Below, one piece after another: positions 22,925-33,576 of a stretch of 33,576 bases of DNA (its first letter is position 1; every line of letters starts with the position of its first letter). Source of the stretch: Vitrella brassicaformis CCMP3155 (lineage: Eukaryota; Protista; Chromerida). The stretch covers positions 1 to 33,576 of the forward strand of contig CDMY01000670.1 in assembly GCA_001179505.1 (NCBI GenBank), given 5' to 3'. Made by a program: the position numbers and the translations under genes. The notes under the pieces are model-generated. The model did no database searches and was not told where the DNA came from. It saw nothing but the letters and a program-made list of their open reading frames with translations.

Positions 22925-23959
22925 ATGGCGTCCGACTCTGTTCCCTCTCTGTGGGAGCTCTCACTCAAGAAGGCCTCACACATACTCGATGACCCCACCA
23001 GGCGGCCGGCACTCGTCAGACAGATTGACAAGCAGCCGCCCACAGAGATCCCCAGAGGCGTCACCCTGCCGGCCGTCCTGCAGGAGCGCATCGAAAGGGC
23101 CATGCACCCCGAGGACCTTCATGACCACTTGGCCTTCGACATTCCTGACTTGGCGGGGGCCCTCAAGACGGCCCATGTGCTGGAGCGATGCAGCGGCCAC
23201 TGGAAGCTGATCAAGCCCTTCATCCGGCTGGCCTTCATCTATCAGCTCACACCACTCAATGCGACGCGGCCCCTCCTGCTGTCGGCTGATTCGCTGCCCA
23301 TCACTTCAGCATTCGATGAGCTGCCCCTCACAATGGCCACCTACAAGACGTTCGGCCACGTGCTCAAGTACAGAGGGACCAGCCTGGCGCTGCGGCGAGC
23401 TGACAACGGAGAGTATCGCATCGGCAATAAGGTGTTCCGTGTGGTGCCGTTGGATGAGCTGCCGGCCGACCATCCCTACCGCAGCACACATGAGGAGAGC
23501 GATCCCGTCATCTGCTATGTGGACTGGCTCTATCCATCCTTCACAGCATTCGCCACGTGGATGGTCGTGACGCGGTGGTCTGACCAAGAGGGAGTGGGAC
23601 AGAAAGAGGTGCTGCGTGCTTATGTCGGTCGTGACGACACTCGCTTTCAGAGGCTGCTGACAGCCGGCGACGTCCCCGAGCAGCTGGGCATCACAGCTGA
23701 CGACCGCCTTGAAGGCGGGGACCTGACTGTCGCGAATCGTTATGTGATCGTGAGCGGCTTTCGCCCCACCGATGCCGTCGCTGCCTTTGTGCTGGTGGCG
23801 TGGGGGGACATCGAGCTGTGGACGACCGAGTCGGCTGCTGCTGGCGCGTCTGCCTCCCTCGATGAGCGTTTCCCGATGTCGATGCCCCGGTGGCGCAGTG
23901 TGCTGAGGCGATTCGAGCTGGAGAGTGACGTCATCGATGTGGGAGAGGTGCTGGTGTGA
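22925..23959 (+). CDS. Intronless 344-aa protein of unknown function
   Basis: Uninterrupted ATG-TGA ORF with normal globular composition and no microsatellites, unlike the surrounding spurious ORFs. No family recognised. Confidence 0.85.
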   Translation: MASDSVPSLWELSLKKASHILDDPTRRPALVRQIDKQPPTEIPRGVTLPAVLQERIERAMHPEDLHDHLAFDIPDLAGALKTAHVLERCSGHWKLIKPFIRLAFIYQLTPLNATRPLLLSADSLPITSAFDELPLTMATYKTFGHVLKYRGTSLALRRADNGEYRIGNKVFRVVPLDELPADHPYRSTHEESDPVICYVDWLYPSFTAFATWMVVTRWSDQEGVGQKEVLRAYVGRDDTRFQRLLTAGDVPEQLGITADDRLEGGDLTVANRYVIVSGFRPTDAVAAFVLVAWGDIELWTTESAAAGASASLDERFPMSMPRWRSVLRRFELESDVIDVGEVLV

Positions 23960-24537
23960 CAGACACGTGTTGGGCAGTCGGCAGTGTGCGTGACACCGAA
24001 CACCGACTGGATGTGAAGGGACCGGTCGTTATGGGTGGGTCTATCATGAGGGCGGCTTCCTAGTGGCAGTGCATTCACGTCTTCGAAGTGCTTGAATTGA
24101 CACTTTGTACCCCATCAAATGAACCATGAATTAAATGTGTCGCCGTGCTTCTTGCGTGCGCCCGTCGACTGCCGTCCCGAGAGAAGACATTCACACCATC
24201 CATCCATCCAGCGGCCCGTCCATGTGTCAGTCAGTCAGTCGCATGAGTGCATGCCTTCCAGCATCGGTCCACGGTAACGTGTCCCCTGCGTCCCCCCTCC
24301 GGCAGCGGGGTGGCTAGCTGGGCTGCGATATTCAGCATGAGTGTGTGTGCGGAGGGTTTGCGAATCTGGCATATGTGTGTGTGCAGGACGGAGTGGAGGG
24401 CATAAAGGCAGACACGTGCAAAGACAGAGGCTGGGGCAGGAGGAGTGGGGCCATCCATCCATTTCACCCATCACGTGTGTCAGTCAGTGTGTCATTCATT
24501 CATTCATTCAGTCAGTCAGTGTGTCACTCATTCATCA

Positions 24538-26204
24538 TCATTTCCACCGGTCATATATTCTCTTTCTGTGTGCGAGGGCCGTCGTGACGATGACGGCCGC
24601 CGTGATGGCCAGCAGCGACACGCTCAGCAGCGGGTAATTGAACGTAGAGCTCAGCACATCGAACCCCTGCGCACACACACACACACACACACATGCACAC
24701 ACGTACCGACAGGGCTGGATGGGATGGGCGGAATGACGTCTGTCTGTCTGTCTGTCTCTGTGTGCTCATCGTGGATTGCGTGCCTTTGCGGGCTGCACGG
24801 GGGCGAAGAAGAGGTCGAGGCCGTAAGCGAAGAGCAGAGAGGTCGACTCGAGCTCAGTGGGGTAGGTCGATATGCCGCGCAGATGACACACCTGTTGATT
24901 GGACAGATCGACACACACACACAGGCACAGACACACACAGAAGGTCCGTTGCGTAAGTGTCTGTGTGTCATTCATTGACTACTCCCTCACCTGTTGGTAG
25001 TAGGAGAGCATGTCTGTGTGTGTGATGGGCAGTGTGGGGGCGTAGGGCGGGATGCCCTCCTCCCTCTCGGCAGCCGACAGCTTCTTCGGCTTACTGCCCG
25101 CACGAGGCGGCGCCACCACCGGCCGGCGCGCATTCAACACGTTCTTGGACGCGCCGTAGATGTGACCGCTCGACAGCCCCTGACACACACACACACACAG
25201 GCACACGCCATCCATCCATCAAAGGGACCTCTTTGCCTGCCTGTCCCGTCTTTGTCGGACTGACCAGTAGGACGATGCGTGTGGTGACGCCCCTTTGTGT
25301 GGCGGTGACGCCCATCAGCCGAATGCCGCTGGGGAAAATGAACGTCGCGTTGAAGGCCGTCGGGCTCGGCAGCGAGTGGGCCGACACGGCAGTCCGCATC
25401 TCACGCACCACGGTGTGGGGCAGCCTGTGTGTCACTGTGGGCTGCACGGCTGCTGGTGGTGTTGAGGACTCGCCTGTCGATGGGCCGGTGGCCCAGCCGT
25501 CGCCCAGCAAGATGCCCAGGGGACCTGGTCGGGTGGTGCAGAATTTATGTGACTCCATTGCTTGTCTGCCATGGACGCAGTGAGTGCGCTGATTGATCGC
25601 TTTACCGACCGGTGTCCCGTTGTGGGTCGAAGAGCTCCACGACGTGCATTTCGAACCGCGGCACCATGCTGTGGTGCGAGTCCAGCGCGTTGAAGTAGTG
25701 AACTGCCACCCAGTTGTCACACACCTGCAAGATGTGCCACACACTCACACACACACAAATATCCACACACACCCACACAGGCCCTTCGCGCCGCGCCCTC
25801 GGCTCACCGCCATGTGCACCGGCAGGGCGGCGCCGATGGGGAGGGTCTCGGACAGCAGCATGGCCCCCGTGACGCCATCAATCAGGTGCAGAGTCAGCCG
25901 GAAGTCCATCGCTGCCGCCTGCGCCTGCACCCCTCCATCCATCCATCCATCCATCCCTTTGTGTGTGGGTGACAATTCTAGTGTGGTGTGGTGTGTGCCT
26001 ACGTTGTAAGTATATGCGTCCCACTGCGGTGGTGGTGCGTCTGTTGTGACGACGGCGAGTAGGTTGGGGTTGAGGTAGCGATACAGCACCGTCACGTCGC
26101 CCTTGACCTGCACCGGCACGTGCTCGAAGTTGCGATGGAGAGAACTCGCCACGCCTGCACCATTGACGGATTGAACATCGTGTGTTGCGTGCTGTGCTGT
26201 GTTG

Positions 26205-26240
<36 letters not shown>

Positions 26241-29200
26241 TGTGTGTGCGTTGCCTGCGATGTATTTCTTGGCCGCGGCGAAGTTGGTTTGCCATCTTGG
26301 GACAACACGAAGGGAGCCGTCTGTGCGATCAACACCGAATCCTGGTTGACAGACAGAGAGACCGAGAGACCGAGAGAAGGACGCACACACGCGGTGGTCC
26401 GCATGTAAGTCTATTCCCAATCCCCCCGCCCCACACGCGCGCACACGCACCGGTGATGATGCTCTCATTGGTCTGCACCCGATAGTACGAGAACATCTCC
26501 GGCAGCCACTCCACCAGCTGACACACGCATCACACACAAATTTGCAGGTGGGAGTGAGCCCAACGCAGCAACACCGCCCACTCACCTTTGGCGACGGTGG
26601 GTAGAGCGCGACGGTCCCATTCCTCTCCACCACCATCACAGGATCCACGTCGCCATGCAACTCCATCTCCCATCCCTCCAAGCCACCACCACCACCAGCA
26701 CGATCACCGCCGCCCTTGACGCTCGCAGCCATGTGTGTGGCGTGTCCCGGCAGAGCCAGCGGCAGCACGTCGGCATCGGGGCTCACGTGGACCTGCCGCC
26801 TTGTGTGGCCGGTGAGCGTGTCGAGCCAGAGGAGGGAGGGGGAGGGCTGCAGGGGGAAAGCTGTGTGTGCGCAGATGAGCACCTCTGGCCACCGCCGCGA
26901 TAAAGGCTTGAGCAGGGTGATGGGGCCGTCTTGAAGGTTGTGGCTGTTGGACAGGCTCTCTGTGAGCTGTGTGTTGGTGGTGTGGAGCCGCGCTCTGGGT
27001 CTGCATTCGGGCGGTGGGTGGTGGTGCAGGACGGCAGAGGTGATGTCCCACACAGTCTTGTGCCACAGGATCCGCCCACTCGACGCATGCAGCCCATACA
27101 CCTGCACACACACATCCACACACACAGAGAGAGGGAGAGAGAGAGAATCGGCACACGCATTACCATCAACCAGTAGCCCGCCTTACCTTGCCGGCACACG
27201 TGGCCAATACGATCACGTCACTGTCGCCAAAGCGATGGTGGCCGATGTGCCCCTTGCGCGCCGTCAGCATCGCCTCCCTCAGCCGCTCCCGCGCCCCCAT
27301 CCCAACTGACATGTCCCCACCACCACCACCACCACCACCCACACCCACACCCACCAGCAGCGGGCTCCGCCCCTCTGTCTGCCGCCTGACGGCCATCTGG
27401 TCTTTGCCCTGCCATCGCCGCACGTCAACCAGCTCCCCCAGCGACCCCACTATCAGCCCGACAGACGCCAGCACATAGTCGCACGTGAGCATGAGATTGG
27501 CCCACAGGCGGGAGAGGGGGGAGGGGGTGCTGGCTGTGCCGGGGGAGAGCAGCGACAGAATTAGGGAGAAGAGCGGCAGGGGCTCGGCGAGGATCTCGGC
27601 TTCTTCCTGGGCCTCCTCCATCTCTGGTGAGGCGTGTGGGGTGGTGGGTGAGCGCATGAGGTAGGAGAGGAGGGAGGGGGGCAGGTGGTAGAAGGATGAC
27701 GCCTTGACCGACCCAAGGGCCTCTTCCCTGATCCACGACACGCCAGCCTGCCGAATCAGCGCCAGGGAATGGTCCGCACACGACACCGACACGCGCCTGA
27801 CTCATGAAACAGACGCAGAACAGGCAGGTGTGCACACAGACTGTCTGTCTGTCTGTCTGCCTGTGGGTCGCTCACACGTCAGAGGAGCTTTCTCTCACCA
27901 GCGCGACCATCGCTGGACCGCGCTCTGTGTTGCGGAGAGACGAGTCTCTAACAGCCAGACAGACAGACAGACAGAGGTGCATTCATGTGTGTGTGTGTTC
28001 TCTCTTTATGTGTGTGGTGTGATGGGTTACGCACTCGAGTACAGGCTCGGTGCCGCCGGTGGTCAAGTCGATCTTCTCCACGTGTGTCTTCTCGTGACCA
28101 ATCAACACACCGCCTAGCAACGTCCTGCGCACAGACACACACACACACACCAGAGAATGATGAGTTCACATGGCTTCCTGCTCTGTCTGTCTGTCTGTCT
28201 GTTGGGTCGGCTCACGTGGATGGCTCCCGTGTGTTGGTCGCATAGAACGGTGCCAATGCCCAGCGACCCTCCTTCGACTGACCGACCAATGACAACATGG
28301 CACCCATACACACACACACTCGTGTGTCGCCCACTCTCCATTGGTTCTCTCTCTCTCTCCCTCTCTCCCTCTCTCTCTCTCTCCCTCTCTCTCCCCGCCC
28401 ACCCACTGGCTCACCCATATGTTGTTGAGCCGCCCCTCTGTGCCCTTGATGAGAGCGTAAGACCGCCGCGAGTCGGCCAAAGTCAGCACACCGTCGACAG
28501 CGCCCCTCTCGCCCAGAAACCTCACCCTTCCTCCGCCCCCGCCCACAGAATGAGAGTAGCTCGTCCCCCTTCCGTCTTCCTTCATGTCCACCGCCTTGAT
28601 CGTCCCCTCGCTCTCCACCCACCCCACCAGTGTGCCCGCGACCTGCACCACATTCTGCTCCTCACCAACAGGCGTCATGGTGACCTTGCCCAGCGTCGTT
28701 GGCTTGCCAGAGGGCTGCTGCCTGCTGTCGTCTACCGTCTTGTGAATGGACGCTACCAGGGAGGAGGACGAAATGTCGCGGCCAATGAGAGCAAACGAGA
28801 TGGCGTCGCCGTCTTGGTCGTCGAGAGGGATGACGCGGGAGTAGCGGACAGACCCGTGACTGGCACTAGTCGCCCAATCTCGCAGAATGCGGCCGGAAGT
28901 GGCGTGGCGCAGCTGAGCGCCCCTCTCAGTGGCCAGCAGCACGGCCTCGCCCCCACCGCCGTCACTCGGCACGATGGCCACGTCCACCAAGGCTGCAGGC
29001 CGCTCACCATCGCTCTGCTGACTGTCCTGGGTGATGGTCTCCTGCCACAAGAGATCGCCGTTGTGCACATGCCAGCACCGAACAGAGGTCGACGACCTCC
29101 CACCACCATCTTCATGGCCGTCGTTGACACTCAGCGAGACCAGGATGGCCTTGCCGATGGCGAGCCGCGATACCCTCTCACCTTCATCTTTGCCCTCCCG

Positions 29201-29500
29201 TCGCCACTCGAGTGCGCCGGTTTTGGTCTGCAGTGCGGCCACGATCCCCTGCGCTGTGCCGACATAGAGGCGCCGCGAGTGGGTCGGCAGGGGCGATGTG
29301 ACGAGATGGGTGACGCGGCCGACCGTCTGGATGAGCCAATCGCGCTCGCCGGCCTCGTCTTCGTAGAGCGCATGGGTGACCCGGGGGAGGGAGAGGAGAA
29401 AGAGGATAGACCACAGGGCGGCGAGGCGGGTGAACAGGGTGAGTGTGGGATGACTCATCGGCATCTGCATGAAGCTGCTGCCGCTGGTGGAAGGATCCAT
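24538..29500 (-). CDS. EMC1: ER membrane protein complex subunit 1 (EMC1)
   Basis: Signal peptide followed by ALYEDEAGERDW (EMC1 N-terminal motif); beta-propeller-like middle; VQVKGDVTVLYRYLNPNLLAV; NARRP..EEGIPPYAP; TELESTSLLFAYGLDLFFAPVQPAK|GFDVLSSTFNY; C-terminal TM then RKRIYDRWK* (stop 24540-24538). The start ATG could be 29500 or a nearby downstream ATG. Confidence 0.93.
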
Positions 29501-29591
29501 AGATCTGGCGGTCAGATCCACATGCCTGCCGTCACCTTCGCCTCGTGTAGCCTCCTTGGTTGGTTGGTTAGAGAGTCCTTAAAGCTTCGGT

Positions 29592-29605
29592 GCTAAGCTC
29601 GCAGA
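29592..29605 (+). promoter_or_regulatory. GCTAAGCTCGCAGA motif in the EMC1 / CCCH-gene divergent interval
   Basis: 14-bp identity to 22752-22765. Confidence 0.45.
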
Positions 29606-29719
29606 AGGGGTGAAGGGTTTGCTCTCGGATTCAGGGTTTGGTGACGCTTGGGCTATTGAGCCGCCCCTTTCTTCACATTCGTGACATTAGGAGGCCAACA
29701 GCGACGCTCGTGTGTCGGC

Positions 29720-32700
29720 ATGTCGTCTCAGAGGCTAAGATGGGTGACATATGCGTCACGCATTGCACGCACAAGAAGACGCACACGAAAGGAAAGAGCC
29801 TGCCTCAGGCACTCACCCAGGGCCTCATGTACTTACACGCATTTATGACGCTGGATGCATTGTAAAGCGTTCTCGTTCTGTGTGCCATCGCTCGCCTTTC
29901 AGAGACGAAAAGAAGAGCCGCCCGTGTCTGTTCTGGGCGAAGGGACAGTGGTGCCGCCATGGCAGCGAGGTGGGCAGGGCACCGAACACGCGTCATTCAC
30001 ACACGACACACTCACTCATTCCTCTGCGAGGCATGACTTATGCTGCTGTCCGTGTGTGTGGGTTCACTCAGTGCGCCTTCTCGCATGCCGAGAGCTGGAG
30101 GTCGAATGGGGGCGCGGTGTTGCTGGCGCAGCTGGACAAGGGCGCCACCCGGCAGCCCTCACATTGTGGGTTTAGGGGCACTTACCACCCGAGGCCCTCT
30201 CTCTTAGCATCCAATCGCTACGCCACTGGCGGCCAAGGGCTGCACCGGCCATCGCACGAGCCGTTGTTTGTCTCAAGGAACGACGAGCCAGGCCGCGACG
30301 AGAGGGCGAATCGGCCCGTGCAGCCAGGCAAGGCCACGCCGGCGCCGGGGCCCCGCTGTGTGCCCTTTGAGTCACCAATGGGTGCCCTGATCGACCGGAA
30401 TATGTCGCTGGCCAAGGCCACGTTTGTCCACGTATCGGATGGGCAGCCGGCGAGCCAGCACCGATCTGCGTCCGCCCCGCTCTCCTCTCCGGCCGTATCC
30501 CAGCCGACACCGACCCACCACCCCGACCAACGCCAGCAGCACCGCATCAGCACATTACAGGTGCAGCACACTACGGACTTCATGCCCCAGGAGGAGTCCA
30601 TTCCGCAGATCGGGCGGCCGCTGTTCCTGAAGAAGGGCGACAGGATGATTCTGAACACCTACAAACAGACCAATGAGTGGTATGCACAGTGTCCACACCA
30701 ACACGGCCATGCAGTCATATGTATGAGTGCACATGAGTGTGTGTGTCGGTGTGTGCTGCTTGGTGTTGGTGTGCTGATTACGTAGGTCGTGGGGTGAGTG
30801 TGTGGGGGGCGAAAACGAGGGGCTGTCTGGTTGCTCTCTTTCGTTGTGTGTCCGTTACGACGGTGCCGTGTCCGAGAGCGGACCTTCCCACCCCACAGCA
30901 ACACCAGAACTCAACGGCAGCCACATCGCAGACGCGGACGGCGACCAAGTGGCCGACAATGAGATGGTATGGCATGACCAGCCAGCCATCGAGCGATTCA
31001 TATGTCCACCGACACCGCACGTGTGCACGTGTTACATGTTTTGTGTTTTCAGGAGGTCGCTGGGATTTACGGCGCGTCCAGGCCTGACGACGGCAGCTCT
31101 TCTTATGATGACCACCGCCAGCAGCAGGCTCCGCGTGACGAGGCCAACGTGAGCAGCAAACACGCCCGCGCACTGTCGCTCCTAGCGCGGATGCACTCAC
31201 AGCTCCTGGTGGGCCGTGCGCTGGCCGCCTGGACGACCACAGTGCGGGAACGGCGAATGGCTGCGGTGCTGGCGGGGGAGAGGCGACGCCTGCAGAGGAT
31301 CATGCTCTCATGGAAGAGGCTCCAAACGGCGAGCCTGGCCGAGCAGGAGGTAAAGAACGGACCACTTTACCACATATGGGGACAGGCATAATGTCATCTC
31401 ATCCGTCTCTCCTGATCGCTTTATGCATCAATCAGGCTAAGGTGATGGCCTTTCGTGTTGACTGCCATAACCGTCTGCTCAAGCGCGTCTGCGCTAAGTG
31501 GTACCGCACCATCAACCTCACCATCGCCAACCGCGAGCCCTCCATGAAGGCCCTCAGCATCGAAGCACTCCGCAATGGCCTCTCTCTCTTGAGGCGCCAT
31601 GCCATCCTGCGGCAAGCCGACCGCGGCATCCCGCCCCCGCCCAGTTCCATCGCACACTCCGCCGCCAGCCATCGTTATGCCCTCTATCAGCGGCGGCATA
31701 AGGCTGAGACCAAACTGGGCCGTCTCGCCCAGCAGCTGACCAAGCAGAGGGCCTTCCAGCAGTGGGGGGCGTGGGTGGGAGAGAGGCGCCGGGTGAGGGC
31801 ACTTGTGACCGCCCTGCAGGCGAGGCAGAGGGCGGATCGCGAGAGGCTCACGAGGCGGGCAGTGGGCGGCTGGAGGGATGCGGTAGCCCACAAGAGGGCA
31901 CAGCAGAGGGGGGCCGTCGGTGCGATGGCGGCGGCGCTCCAGAGGCTGTCGAAGCGCGTGTTGGCTGACTGGAAGACGACTGTCGAGGACATAAAGGTGA
32001 GTGCAGCGAGTGGGGGCCAACAAAGGGAAGACACAAACATCAGTCGAGTGACGGGTGTGTGTGTGCAGGAGAGGCAGGGTGTCAAGGAGGCCGCCGAGCG
32101 CGCCGCCCGAGTTAGCGCACAGATCCGCAGCAAATACGTCTGCAGGGTGCTGAAGATACCGCACTCTGAAGGTACGCACATAAGGGGCACCGCATGGCAT
32201 CGACGCTGCAGAGACAGGCAGGCAGGCAGGCAGGCAACGTTCACCGCACGTGTTGCCGTCTGTCTGCTGTCCTGTCACTTGCTTCAGATCTGGCGCCATC
32301 GCAGTCGACGACCGCTGCCGACAGCGTACCCACACATATCAACGCTGCCCATCAGGTATGTAAGGTCGATCCCGTCACGCACAGACACGCAAGGCACACA
32401 AGTGATGCATGCGCCTGGATGTGTGTATTGTGTCTTTCGTTTCGTCCGTGCGTGTGTGCAGGAGATGGACGAGAGCGGTGCCATCGCCATGGGGACCCGT
32501 TCCAGGCTGATAAACAGGCTCGACATTGCTCACAGGTGGGCGGGGCGACACGTGTGTGCGTGTGGGGACTTACTCATCCATGTGTGTGTCTGGTCTGTTG
32601 TGTGTAGCTCGCTTGCCTTGCGCAGCCGTGCCTGGGGGGGATCGGCAAGGGCCGCCTCCCTCCACCAACACGATGACCGCACCCAGGTATGTAAGTGGGC

Positions 32701-32869
32701 CCACAGTGGGTGGGGACGGATGGCCACCCATGCCTCTGTCCATCGACATGCTGGTGGGTCTTGTCTGTCTGTGTGGCCTGCCTGGCTGCTGCAGAGATGC
32801 GGCCCTGGAGTCTGCTGGGCCCTGAAGGCCGCCTGGCGATGGGCGGTGCGACTCGTGAGGGGCAATTGA
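29720..32869 (+). CDS. Multi-exon protein: CCCH zinc finger + SH3-like segment + Trp-spaced helical (Sfi1-like) repeats
   Basis: Exons 29903-29969, 30072-30679, 30786-30966, 31053-31349, 31436-31996, 32069-32171, 32288-32355, 32462-32535, 32608-32686, ~32794-32869 keep frame. Spliced CLFWAKGQWCRHGSE|CAFSH is C-x8-C-x5-C-x3-H. PLFLKKGDRMILNTYKQTNEW|SWGECVGGENEGLSG is SH3-like. R/A-rich helices carry W every 27-34 aa. The start exon(s) are uncertain. Confidence 0.72.
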
Positions 32870-33359
32870 CTCACTCGCCTACCCCTCACTCTCCTCACTC
32901 TCTGCTCTCACTCACTCACTCCTTGACTCAGTGTTAGCTGATCGCTGGCCTGGCCTGCCTCTCTGCATTTGGTGTGCCTGTCAATATCGGTCGCATTTGT
33001 GTGTTTAGTGTCTGGCTGGCCTGGCTAGTTTGGTTGGCGCCCTGGCTGTCTGCTGTCTTGCATGGCATGAGTGACTGAAAGGGTGGATAGGTGCCCTGCC
33101 AGACTGTGTGTTTTCGGGTCTGTCTGTCGTTCGTTCGTGAGTGTCAGCATTTCGGTGCGTCATGAGTGTTATTTGACTGCCATGGCGGGACTGAATTTCA
33201 AAGACACCCTGAGAGGGAATTGAACCTGCACTGAACCCGCAGCTTAGCTCGCACATGCGATAACTCAGAGGGCGTGTGTGCGACGCTGTGTGCCTGCTTG
33301 TATGTGGCCGTCGTTCGCAGCGCATTGCATATCCTCCTCTCTGCTGCATCTGCCTGTGC

Positions 33360-33576
33360 GAAAAGGCCGGTGAGGACCTTTCCTGTAGTTAGCTGAATAG
33401 AGGATCTGCTGGGCGGTAAGTCCCAGAGTAAGAGTGCTTTTACTTTAATAAGACCGATGGACTGGCCAATCAGTCAAAGTTGTTTCTGTCCATGTATGGT
33501 ATCATGAAGGGTGGTCAACACAGATCTCACTTCGGTGATGGCTGATAAGATCGTGTCTCCTCAGAATGCTTTCCTT
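33360..33576 (+). ncRNA. Candidate structured non-coding RNA, truncated by the window end
   Basis: Microsatellite-free, hairpin-dense segment: CTGGG/CCCAG (33409-33426), GACTG/CAGTC (33460-33475), TCAC-TTCG-GTGA (33527-33538), GATCT/AGATC (33523-33552). Identity unknown. Confidence 0.3.

Noticed and set aside
28157-29596. 479-aa + strand ORF
   Set aside because: Antisense shadow of the EMC1 first exon in GC-rich DNA. The - strand frame carries the signal peptide and the ALYEDEAG motif.
31421-32335. 304-aa - strand ORF
   Set aside because: Antisense to the Sfi1-like exons, with no motif or splice logic of its own.
7970-32869. Functional cluster of chromosome and cell-division genes (BAZ-like, kleisin, Sfi1-like)
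   Set aside because: Interleaved with RPS27 and EMC1. There is no evidence of co-regulation beyond a motif also shared by housekeeping genes, so this is probably coincidence.
1-33576. CRISPR arrays, operons, tRNA/rRNA genes
   Set aside because: No regularly spaced repeat-spacer units, cloverleafs or rRNA motifs were seen. The repeats are simple microsatellites in eukaryotic spliced genes.

Overview
Intron-dense, GC-rich eukaryotic DNA whose introns are full of (CA)n/(GT)n/(CATC)n microsatellites. These traits plus an apicomplexan-style RPS27 N-terminus suggest a chromerid alveolate such as Vitrella (inference, not verified). Most ORF-track entries are microsatellite read-through or antisense shadows, so genes were rebuilt by hand from splice sites and reading-frame continuity. 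In order: (1) 5'-truncated + strand receptor-like gene (Venus-flytrap-like C-terminus, Cys-rich repeats, about 9 TM segments); (2) - strand BTB/POZ (KCTD-type) gene interrupted by a 681-bp element with 49-bp terminal inverted repeats; (3) large - strand PHD-DDT-WHIM-PHD (BAZ/ACF1-like) gene; (4) RPS27; (5) - strand Rad21/Rec8 kleisin; (6) intronless 344-aa orphan; (7) - strand EMC1; (8) + strand CCCH/SH3-like/Sfi1-like repeat gene; then a hairpin-rich candidate ncRNA at the window end. Top finding: the inverted-repeat element carries a GT donor in one TIR and an AG acceptor, created by a TIR mismatch, in the other. Splicing restores the BTB reading frame with a 10-codon palindromic footprint, as expected of an introner-like, transposon-born intron. 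Also notable: a shared (TGCGAGCT)AAGCTCGCA motif in all three divergent promoters, many GC-AG introns, and AC-rich 5'/GU-rich 3' polarity in introns. Two 300-N gaps lie in introns.
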